A program made the translations under genes and the position numbers. Of a DNA stretch of 64,000 nt, positions 49,955 through 58,042 are shown piece by piece. The DNA is from a bacterium (GTDB taxonomy: Bacteria > Ratteibacteria > UBA8468 > B48-G9 > DTJG01), in NCBI GenBank assembly GCA_029552985.1, contig JAKPDB010000176.1, forward strand, positions 798-64,797, given 5' to 3'. The notes under the pieces were generated by a model that was given only the letters and a program-made list of their open reading frames with translations, was not told where the DNA came from and ran no database searches. The first letter of the stretch is position 1; each line of letters opens with the position of its first letter.

Positions 49955-50931
49955 GGGTCCTGATTATTGATGGAACCAGCATCGAAAGTTGTTTATTGTT
50001 AACTCCAGTGATAAAACAGATCAAAGATCATGATAATGTCGCCAAAATTGATATTGTTGCAACAGCCGAATCAGAAAAATTTCTGAAAGAGTACAGATGG
50101 TTTGATCGGATTATTGTCCATAAAAAACACGGTTTTATACGAACCTACAGGACACTATGTACAGAAAGATATAAACTCATCATATCGTTTCGTCCATCAA
50201 TAATTCCTTATATTTTGCGGGCAAAAACAAAACTGAATTTCCTGAAAATCAGGATATTTACTGATAGGTTTTTCACTCACGAAAGCATTAACTTTTTACG
50301 ATTGATTGAGCCAGTATTTGGAAAACCCGAAAAAGTTGAACTATTTTTCCCTGTTTCTGAAATTGATAGAGAAAAAGTGAAAGAATTTTTGAAGTCAAAA
50401 AATATAAGTAATTCGTCAACACTGGTCGCAATTCATATAGGCAATACAGACATTCTGGATCAGTGGGATGTTTCTAATTATATCAAGGTTTGCGACACTC
50501 TCATTGAAGAATACAATGCAAAAATTCTTGTCTTCGGAAATAAAAATGATCCTGTTGTCAGTGAAATTATCAATTCAACAAAATATCCACACGATATTAT
50601 TGATATGTCACAAACTGTTAACTTTCGTGAAATTGCTGCGTTTCTATCCAGAGCCAATCTTGCAATTACTCGAAACGGCTCTTTTTTGTATCTTGCCTGT
50701 GCTGTAAAAACACCTATTGTTGCTATTTTTGGGGCTGGCAATCCATACAGATTTGGTCCTGTAGGAACGCGATACATTAACATACATAGCCAAATTGATT
50801 GCTTTCCATGTAATAGGAAATATAGATGTACCAAAAATTACCAATGTATCAAAAGTATAACTTCTGATGCTGTTATCGAAGCTGCCCGTCTTATCCTTGA
50901 TGAAAACAAACAACTATATCTGTTTGAATAG
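49918..50931 (+). CDS. glycosyltransferase family 9 (heptosyltransferase-like) 1
   Basis: Typical GT9 features: an N-terminal VLIIDGTSIESCLLLTPVIKQIK-type start, RNGSFLYLACAVKTPIVAIFG, and a C-terminal CFPC...C Cys motif. Confidence 0.7.
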   Translation: MRKENHKSGESVRVLIIDGTSIESCLLLTPVIKQIKDHDNVAKIDIVATAESEKFLKEYRWFDRIIVHKKHGFIRTYRTLCTERYKLIISFRPSIIPYILRAKTKLNFLKIRIFTDRFFTHESINFLRLIEPVFGKPEKVELFFPVSEIDREKVKEFLKSKNISNSSTLVAIHIGNTDILDQWDVSNYIKVCDTLIEEYNAKILVFGNKNDPVVSEIINSTKYPHDIIDMSQTVNFREIAAFLSRANLAITRNGSFLYLACAVKTPIVAIFGAGNPYRFGPVGTRYINIHSQIDCFPCNRKYRCTKNYQCIKSITSDAVIEAARLILDENKQLYLFE

Positions 50932-50932
50932 C

Positions 50933-52003
50933 ATGAAAGTCTTTCTCATGGTTCCTGAAATGAATCTTGGTGGTGTGGAAGAAGGAAGTTTTGATCTTGC
51001 ATGCGGTATGAAGAAAATGGGTGTCGATGTCACTATCATTTCAGGACCCGGCAGCTACATCCCTCTAATAGAAAAAGAAGACATCAGATGGTTCAATCTG
51101 CCCATGAATAAAAAAACACCAGTTATTTTTTGGAAATCTCTGAGAATTTTACAAAAACTTATTGCAGATGAAAAACCAGATATTCTCCACTGCAGGAGCA
51201 GATTTCCTGCATGGATTGGCTATTACGCACTGGCAAGATATCAGAAAACACGGTTCATAACAAGTATCCACGGCTTTTACAGCCCTTCATACTATAGTAA
51301 AATCATGGGCAGAGGAGAACGAGTGATTGTAATAAGCAATACCCTTGGCGAATTTGCGATCAAAAAACTGGGAGCACACCCGGACCGTGTTCGAGTCGTA
51401 CATAATGGAATAAAATTTGAACCGTACGTCAGTCTTCCCAGAAAACAACACTCTGGATTCATTATAGGTGGTATTGGAAGACTGACAAAATTAAAGGGAT
51501 TTCAGTATTTGATCCGCGCAGCTGCGATAGCAAGACAGAACGCGCCACATATAAAAATTCACATCATAGGAGACGGCCCCTACAAAAAACATCTTGAATC
51601 TCTGGGTAAAAAACTTGGCATTGAAGTGTTGTTTCTACAGGGTAGAGCATCTGACTACCTACCTGAAATTGATCTCCTTGTAGCACCTCATATAGAAACG
51701 GAAACATTAAGAAAGGGAATTATCCCATGGCTGGGTAGAAGTGTTTATGAAGCACAGCTCGCTGGAGTTCCGGTTTTGACTACATTGAATGGCATAGAAA
51801 AAGAAAGATTTATCAAAACAGAAACAGAACTTCTCACAGCGCCGTGCGATATCGAAGCGATGGCAAAAGCGATCGAATTCGTTATTCAATATCCAGAGGA
51901 ATTAAATCACATGGTAATCAACGCCAAAGAATTTGTTATAAATCATTTCTCCATTCAACAAATGGTAGAGAAAACTGTAAAGGTATACCAGGAACTGCTC
52001 TGA
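50933..52003 (+). CDS. glycosyltransferase family 4 (GT-B)
   Basis: MKVFLMVPEMNLGGVEEGSFDLA start, GRLTKLKGF, and an E..........E-type C-lobe (YEAQLAGVPVL). The ATG at 50933 follows the upstream stop. Confidence 0.8.
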   Translation: MKVFLMVPEMNLGGVEEGSFDLACGMKKMGVDVTIISGPGSYIPLIEKEDIRWFNLPMNKKTPVIFWKSLRILQKLIADEKPDILHCRSRFPAWIGYYALARYQKTRFITSIHGFYSPSYYSKIMGRGERVIVISNTLGEFAIKKLGAHPDRVRVVHNGIKFEPYVSLPRKQHSGFIIGGIGRLTKLKGFQYLIRAAAIARQNAPHIKIHIIGDGPYKKHLESLGKKLGIEVLFLQGRASDYLPEIDLLVAPHIETETLRKGIIPWLGRSVYEAQLAGVPVLTTLNGIEKERFIKTETELLTAPCDIEAMAKAIEFVIQYPEELNHMVINAKEFVINHFSIQQMVEKTVKVYQELL

Positions 52004-52008
52004 ATAAT

Positions 52009-53019
52009 ATGAAACACGTACTTTTAATAAAAACAGGCGCATTCGGAGATATGATTCTTTTTTCTGTCTCTATTGATATCGCAGCAAAAATTTTCCACAA
52101 TTCAGAAATTTCTCTTCTTACAACCGAAAATTATGCCGAAATCTATCGGGATTGTCCCTTGATAAAACAAATATTCACATTACCCAACAAAAAAAATATT
52201 TTTAAATTTACAAAGATAATGATGACTATCCGCACAAGAAATTACGATGTCACCATTGACTTACAAGGCAATTTAAAAACTAATTTTTTTACTTTTCTAA
52301 TTGGAAGTCGTCAAAGAATTGGCCTTTATAAAAAACAATTGGGAAAATTGCTGCTAACCCAGGGGATAAAAAAAGCGACTGGACTTGATCCCATAAATTC
52401 CCAGTTAAAATTCTGGAAACAAGTCACAGGTTCGTCTATATCTGGATATTTGCAGGTCTGGATTTCTAATGAAAAAAGGAAGGATTTTGAAAAATTTCTT
52501 GAAAACTATGGCCTGGAAGCAAAAAAATATATTGTGTTTCATCCCGCTGCGTCAACGCAATGGCAAACAAAACTCTGGTTGACAGATCACTGGGTCAATT
52601 TGGGAAATTCTCTTATAAACAAAGGATTTTCTATTGTCTTAGTGGGCGATAAGCATGCCAGACCAATAAATAGTAAAATTGCATCTCAAATCGATGGAAA
52701 AATTATTGACATTTCAGGCCAAACAAGTTTTTCAGATTTAGCGCTAATTATAGAGAATGCGAAGACGATTATCACCACTGATAGTGGTCCGATGCATCTG
52801 GCAGCCGCAACCAGGACCTTTACAGTAGCAATATTTGGGCCCACAGATCCAGAAAATCATTGTCCACCAGGAATTGTCTCTGTTCGTGCAAAAAATATAT
52901 GCCCGCCCTGCTATCAAAAGAGGTGTTCTCATCATTCCTGTATGAGACAGATTGATGCAGATATAATTTTGAATTTGCTCTCAAAGACAATATTGAAAAT
53001 ATCAGAAGATAGTGTATAA
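52009..53019 (+). CDS. glycosyltransferase family 9 (heptosyltransferase-like) 2
   Basis: MKHVLLIKTGAFGDMI, TTDSGPMHLAAA and CPPC..RC motifs. The ATG at 52009 follows the upstream stop. Confidence 0.8.
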   Translation: MKHVLLIKTGAFGDMILFSVSIDIAAKIFHNSEISLLTTENYAEIYRDCPLIKQIFTLPNKKNIFKFTKIMMTIRTRNYDVTIDLQGNLKTNFFTFLIGSRQRIGLYKKQLGKLLLTQGIKKATGLDPINSQLKFWKQVTGSSISGYLQVWISNEKRKDFEKFLENYGLEAKKYIVFHPAASTQWQTKLWLTDHWVNLGNSLINKGFSIVLVGDKHARPINSKIASQIDGKIIDISGQTSFSDLALIIENAKTIITTDSGPMHLAAATRTFTVAIFGPTDPENHCPPGIVSVRAKNICPPCYQKRCSHHSCMRQIDADIILNLLSKTILKISEDSV

Positions 53020-53027
53020 TCTTATCC

Positions 53028-53774
53028 ATGAAAACTGTTTCAGGCATCGTACTTGCAGGGGGGAAAAGTTCTCGGTATAAAGAAAAAAAACACAAATTTT
53101 TAACCGAGTATCAAGGTAAACCTCTGATTGTAAAAATTATTGAAGCTATACAGCCGGTGGTCAATAAGATCGTGGTCGTGGTTGGTCCATATCATAATGA
53201 AACAAAAAAAGTGCTGGGTAAGTTTGATGGAATTGAATACGTTATTCAAGAGATACCACTTGGCACCGGACACGCACTTTTGACCACATCCAGAATTTTT
53301 GAAAATTCAGATTACACACTTCTTGTGACATATGCGGATAAACCACTTATTACGACTTCAACATTTAGCAATCTTGTCGACCAGCACATTAAAAATCACG
53401 CTGATATCACTATAGCTACTGCAATATTGCCTAATCCAGGAAGTAAAGGAAGGGTGGTGCGGATTGATGGAAAATTCGCAGGCGTTGTAGAAGCAAAAGA
53501 TGCTGATGAAAAAATCCTTCAAATCAAAGAGGTCAACGCGGGATTCATTGTTTGTGAATCTAATTCAATTTATCAGGAATTGCGAAAAATTAAGAATAAC
53601 AATGCCGCTGGTGAATATTATCTCACAGACGTTTATGAAGAATATCTAAAAGATGGGCTTAAGATACACACAGTGGAAATACCACCTGAGGAAAGCTGTG
53701 ATATCAATACCTATGAAGAACTTAAAAAAATAGAAGAATGGATAAAAGTTGTAAAAAATAGTAATAGACTGTGA
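53028..53774 (+). CDS. sugar-1-phosphate nucleotidyltransferase resembling the GlmU N-terminal (uridylyltransferase) domain, without the LbH acetyltransferase domain
   Basis: GIVLAGGKSSR, LGTGHAL, YADKPLIT and GEYYLTDV motifs; only 248 aa. Confidence 0.75.
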   Translation: MKTVSGIVLAGGKSSRYKEKKHKFLTEYQGKPLIVKIIEAIQPVVNKIVVVVGPYHNETKKVLGKFDGIEYVIQEIPLGTGHALLTTSRIFENSDYTLLVTYADKPLITTSTFSNLVDQHIKNHADITIATAILPNPGSKGRVVRIDGKFAGVVEAKDADEKILQIKEVNAGFIVCESNSIYQELRKIKNNNAAGEYYLTDVYEEYLKDGLKIHTVEIPPEESCDINTYEELKKIEEWIKVVKNSNRL

Positions 53775-53817
53775 ATTGTAGTTACCACAGACCTGTCTTG
53801 AACATGACAAAGAAGTA

Positions 53818-54795
53818 ATGATGATTAAAAATAAGAAGTTTTTTATTACAGGTGGCGCAGGTTTCATCGGAAGCAACTTGATTAAAAAATTGATCCCTTC
53901 TAATGAAATCGTGGTCTATGACAATCTTTCGAGGAATGCACTTAAACAAACTACATTTTTTACTCATCCTAATTTACATATTATCCAGGGAGACATTCTT
54001 GATTATGAGTTTTTAAAAACACATATACCACAAGATATTGACTTTGTTCTTCATATGGCTGCAATCGCAGGTGTTGATAATGTAATTAAAAACCCGACAA
54101 AAACCATAGAAGTCAACTTAGTTGGAACCTATAACATTTTGAAATCTCTAAAAGAGCTGAACATTTTAGACAGGATTGAACGATTCGTTAACTTTTCTAC
54201 CAGTGAAGTGTTCGGAATTAATGCTTTTCGTGTAGAAGAAGACGCATCAATAAATCTTCAACCTGTCGGTGAAGCTCGGTGGACATATGCAGTAAGCAAG
54301 CTTACGGCTGAACACTTAGTCCTCAGTTATTATAAGCAATTTAGGCTAAAAACTGTAACATTGCGTCCATTTAATATATATGGACCAGGCCAGGTTGGCG
54401 AAGGTGCCATTCATCAATTTGTAATTCGTGCAATCAAGAATGAACCCCTTATCATCCATGGAGATGGCGATCAAATAAGGTCCTGGTGTTATATCGATGA
54501 TATGGTAGAAGGAATACTTCTATGTCTTGAAAAGGAAGAAGCGATCGGTGAAGTATTCAATATCGGCAATCCAAAAGGAACTATTACAATTCTTTCACTG
54601 GCAGAAAAGATTATACAACTTGCTAAGTCTTCTTCTCCTGTCATTCATGTTTCTGCTCCCTACGTCGACGTTAATCTGAGAATCCCCAGCATTAGTAAGG
54701 CCAGAGAAAAATTGTGTTTTGAACCTAAGGTAAATCTGAATGATGGAATTAAGAAAACTATTGAATGGTATAAAAATACAATAGAGCTGATATGA
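53818..54795 (+). CDS. extended-SDR NDP-sugar dehydratase/decarboxylase/epimerase
   Basis: TGGAGFIGSNL, the YAVSK catalytic pair, and FSTSEVFG. The T-S-E arrangement is seen in UXS/ArnA/GMD-type 4-keto-forming enzymes. Confidence 0.8.
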   Translation: MMIKNKKFFITGGAGFIGSNLIKKLIPSNEIVVYDNLSRNALKQTTFFTHPNLHIIQGDILDYEFLKTHIPQDIDFVLHMAAIAGVDNVIKNPTKTIEVNLVGTYNILKSLKELNILDRIERFVNFSTSEVFGINAFRVEEDASINLQPVGEARWTYAVSKLTAEHLVLSYYKQFRLKTVTLRPFNIYGPGQVGEGAIHQFVIRAIKNEPLIIHGDGDQIRSWCYIDDMVEGILLCLEKEEAIGEVFNIGNPKGTITILSLAEKIIQLAKSSSPVIHVSAPYVDVNLRIPSISKAREKLCFEPKVNLNDGIKKTIEWYKNTIELI

Positions 54796-55913
54796 AGAAG
54801 AAAATAAGACTTTCGAGGCCCTGCATCGAAAATAAAGATGCTGTATTGGATTTAGCCAGAAAGATACTGGAAACCGGGTTTTTCACTCAGGGGAAGTATG
54901 TATCCCTTTTTGAAAATCAAATTGCCAGATACCTCGGAATCAAATATGCAATAGCAGTTTCTTCAGGTACTGCTGCACTCCATCTTTCGTTGATTGCAAC
55001 TGGTATCAAACCTGGTGATGAAGTTATTGTACCCGCTTATACTTTTCCTGCCACTGCGAACGGGGTGGAATTGCTTAATGCAAAACCTGTTCTTGTTGAC
55101 GTAGATCTGGACACATTTAATATTTCGACCAACCAGATAGAAACACGCATTACATCCAGAACCAAAGCTATTATACCAGTACATCTTTTTGGTAATCCCG
55201 CGAACATGGATGAAATCTTAAGTATGGCTAAAAAGTATAATTTATGGGTAATAGAAGACGCCGCTGGCGCATTTGGTTCAATTTACAAAGGGAAAAAATG
55301 TGGCACTATAGGTAACGTAGGCTGTTTTAGCTGGCACCCACGGAAACTAATAACCACATGTGAAGGAGGAATGATAGTAACAAACAATTGTAAAATAGCA
55401 GAGGCTGTATACATCCTCAGAAATCATGGAATAAAAAAAGTTGGCTCCCACTATGACTTAGCTATCCCAGGTTTTAACTATAGAATGAACGAACTGGAAG
55501 CAATACTGGGATTGGTTCAGATGAAAAAAATAAAAAAAAGATTGAAAGAAAGACAAAAGCTAGCAGCGTTTTATTTGCGTAAATTAAACAATATCGAAGA
55601 AATTGCAGTGCAAAAGGTTTACCCGGATTGCATAAATTCCTGGCAAGCTTTTGTAATAAGATTTCTTAATGCAAAAGACCAAAAGCTGGTCATGAAAAAA
55701 TTTCAAGAATTACATATTGAAACTGGTATCGGCACATATGCTTTAAACCTTCTGAGTTTTTATTCATCAAAATACAATCTCCAGCCTTCATCTTATCCAA
55801 ATGCAAAAAACCTATATTCTAACAGTCTCGCAATTCCATTTTATAATGGAATGAAAAGGACCGATGCCTGTTTGGTAGTCAAAATTTTAAAGGATTTTCT
55901 GCATGAAATTTGA
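54792..55913 (+). CDS. DegT/DnrJ/EryC1/StrS-family PLP-dependent sugar aminotransferase
   Basis: SSGTAALHL and FSWHPRKLITTCEGGMIV (PLP lysine context); 373 aa. Confidence 0.88.
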   Translation: MKKKIRLSRPCIENKDAVLDLARKILETGFFTQGKYVSLFENQIARYLGIKYAIAVSSGTAALHLSLIATGIKPGDEVIVPAYTFPATANGVELLNAKPVLVDVDLDTFNISTNQIETRITSRTKAIIPVHLFGNPANMDEILSMAKKYNLWVIEDAAGAFGSIYKGKKCGTIGNVGCFSWHPRKLITTCEGGMIVTNNCKIAEAVYILRNHGIKKVGSHYDLAIPGFNYRMNELEAILGLVQMKKIKKRLKERQKLAAFYLRKLNNIEEIAVQKVYPDCINSWQAFVIRFLNAKDQKLVMKKFQELHIETGIGTYALNLLSFYSSKYNLQPSSYPNAKNLYSNSLAIPFYNGMKRTDACLVVKILKDFLHEI

Positions 55914-56433
55914 TTTGCATAGACATAATAAAAGTCATGGCACTGGAGAATTCAAGTTAGAAAATTTCAAACACCTGGGACAGGACGTTATTTTTGAAAA
56001 AGGGGTACTTGTGTTCCATCCAGAAAATATCGAAATAGGTAATAATGTGTACATTGGACATGGTACAATACTAAAAGGTTATTATAAAAATCTCATGGTT
56101 ATTGGAGATTATACATGGATAGGTCAACAGTGTTTTCTTCATAGTGCAGGGGGTCTACGTATTGGTAAAGCCGTTGGCATAGGACCAAAGGTTATAATTA
56201 TAACATCCCAACATGAAGGAAGGGAACTTGATATTCCAGTTTATTTTACACCTTTGAAATTTGAAATGGTAGAAATTGATGATGGATGTGATATTGGTGC
56301 TGGTGCAATTATTCTACCGGGCGTAAAAATTGGAAAAGGCGCCATCATAGGTGCTGGGGCTGTCGTCACGCAAGAGGTTCCATCCTACGAAGTTTGGGCA
56401 GGTGTTCCCGCGCGTAAAATTAAAACACGGTAG
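55903..56433 (+). CDS. left-handed beta-helix (hexapeptide-repeat) acyl/acetyltransferase
   Basis: Repeated [LIV]G hexapeptides (IGNNVYIGHGTIL...IGAGAIILPGVKIGKGAIIGAGAVV) and a terminal WAGVPARKI. Confidence 0.88.
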   Translation: MKFDLHRHNKSHGTGEFKLENFKHLGQDVIFEKGVLVFHPENIEIGNNVYIGHGTILKGYYKNLMVIGDYTWIGQQCFLHSAGGLRIGKAVGIGPKVIIITSQHEGRELDIPVYFTPLKFEMVEIDDGCDIGAGAIILPGVKIGKGAIIGAGAVVTQEVPSYEVWAGVPARKIKTR

Positions 56434-56441
56434 AAAATTTT

Positions 56442-57493
56442 ATGAAAGTCCTACATTTGCCAGTAAATATCGCTTCTATTCCTTCGCACACAGTACGAGG
56501 GCTTAGAAAAATTGGAATTGACGCCCGTGGTCTGATATTTGACAATAAATATTGTCAGTTATCTGAAGGACTGAACGTCATCAATGTTTCAGAAAAACGA
56601 AAACTGGAAAAGGATTTAAAAAAATAATCTTTGCATATAATTTTTTTAGATGGGCCACGTGGGCTGATGTTATTCACTGGTATTTCGGACATTCAGTACT
56701 GCCATGGAATGTTGACATTAAATTCATCCATCTACTAAAAAAACCTGCAATAATCGAATGGTTGGGTTCTGATATAAGAATTCCGGAAATTGAATTTAAC
56801 GATAACCCGTATTACAGGAAAATTTTCAAAAATATCAAAACACCCAGTGCGCAATTTAAAAAATCTATAAAAAAACAGAAAATTTTTCTAAAACATGGAT
56901 TTGTTTCGTTAGTACCACCGTGTATGGAACAATATCTTCTAAAAAAACCATGTACAGAATTCTTTATTTTGAGACAAAGAATCATGGTATCTGATTACTC
57001 GCCATCTTTTCCGTCTTCCGATAATCAACATCCTGTCGTTGTCCACATTTCAACGAATCCGTTTATAAAAGGTACCTCGGCTATAGTTGAAATCGTTAGC
57101 AAATTAAAAAAAAGATACAACTTCGAATTCAAACTTGCTTCAGGCGTTTCATATTCCCAAGCGATGAATTTAATCCAACAGGCAGATGTTTTTCTTGACC
57201 AGTTTATACTTGGTTCTTATGGTATGGCTTGCCTTGAGGCAATGGCGTTTGGTAAACCCGTCGTAAGCTATATTAAACCATCTCTGATTACAAAATACCC
57301 GCATGACCTTCCAATAATAAATGCAAACTTAGAAAATCTTGAACTCGTGCTTGAAGAGTTACTTTTAGATGGGAGAAAAAGGCAAGAATTGGGCATACGT
57401 GGCCGTACTTACGTTGAAAAATATCATGATGCAATAAAACTTGCTAATGACCTTGTTCGTATTTACTCAACCTTGATTTCGCAAAAAAGGTAA
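56442..57493 (+). pseudogene. GT-B glycosyltransferase split into two frames at an A7 tract, giving a conceptual ~350 aa product after a -1 shift
   Basis: ORF 56442-56627 (frame 0) ends ...LEKDLKK-TAA. The -1 frame is open from 56567 and reads KKIIFAYNFFRWATWADVIHWYFG...GSDIR, continuing into ORF 56762-57493 (GT C-lobe: CLEAMAFGKPVV). The frames join seamlessly across A7 at 56618-56624. Confidence 0.75.
56618..56624 (+). other. A7 homopolymer forming an A_AAA_AAA heptamer immediately followed by an in-frame TAA
   Basis: Read directly: TTA AAA AAA TAA in frame 0. An A8 tract or a -1 slip gives L K K I I F A Y... Confidence 0.9.
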
Positions 57494-57685
57494 AGTTTTT
57501 AATCGATGTGCCGAACCTTCTCATCTTTTGGACTGATAAATGCAGTGCACTCGGCTATTTGGTTATCGTTGTTTTCCTGGACCCAGTTTCCTAAAAGAAT
57601 GTACACAATTTTCAGCACCCCTTGACGAAAAAAGTAGCCAAGAATATCTTTTTTACCACTGTAATAACAAGCAAGTGGCAATCGT

Positions 57686-57876
57686 GATGAGGAAATGATA
57701 GATATTGAGGAATTCTATATAACTGAGACTAGAAGTTTTTCACAAATAAATTCTATCTATCCACAAATAGGTCGGATTTATAAAGCACGCTGGCAGATTG
57801 AACGATTTTCGAATGGCTAAAACAAGAAACGTACCTTAGAACCAGTAAAGGTGTAGCTCTGGATCCCACTATGTAA
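57686..57876 (+). mobile_element. degenerate 3' remnant of an IS4-family (DDE_Tnp_1) transposase gene with at least 2 frameshifts
   Basis: Three frames stitch together: IEEFYITETRSF / FFTNKFYLSTNRSDL / IYKARWQIERF / FEWLKQETYLRTSKGVAL. Together they reproduce the C-terminal ...FYD.ET....FLTN.F.LS......LYK.RWQIE.FFKWLKQ... signature. Weaker similarity may extend back to about 57500. Confidence 0.6.
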
Positions 57877-57917
57877 AAAAAATCGTCCTGGAATATGTTG
57901 ATTTCTTGAATAAAAAA

Positions 57918-57945
57918 TTGACAAAATTGTCTATCACTGTATAAT
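57918..57945 (+). promoter_or_regulatory. consensus sigma70-type promoter TTGACA-16-TATAAT upstream of the GT4 gene at 58043
   Basis: TTGACA at 57918-57923 and TATAAT at 57940-57945. It lies about 40 nt after the IS remnant. The predicted 5' UTR is about 90 nt. Confidence 0.5.
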
Positions 57946-58005
57946 GGTTTTCGCAACCGTAAGACCTGGAAGAAAAAGTTTAGAATCAGCATAAACCACA
58001 GTGAT

Positions 58006-58032
58006 ATTTTACACCAAGGAAAATTTTACACC
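58006..58032 (+). repeat. 10-bp direct repeat ATTTTACACC x2 in the 5' UTR of the GT4 gene
   Basis: Copies lie at 58006-58015 and 58023-58032, 17 nt start-to-start. Confidence 0.8.
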
Positions 58033-58042
58033 TTATTAAAAG

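Noticed and set aside
56442-56627. The 61-aa ORF as an independent small gene
   Set aside because: Its sequence is the beginning of a GT-B N-lobe (MKVLHLPVNIASIPSHTVRGLRKIGID...) and continues seamlessly in the -1 frame. It is treated as part of the interrupted glycosyltransferase.
56650-56665. CCACGTGG palindrome about 25 nt downstream of the A7 tract as a frameshift-stimulating hairpin
   Set aside because: A perfect palindrome with no loop can form at most a 3-bp stem. No pseudoknot or stable stem-loop is evident, and the upstream AAGGA is too close (3 nt) to act as a dnaX-style -1 stimulator. Programmed frameshifting therefore remains only one of three hypotheses.
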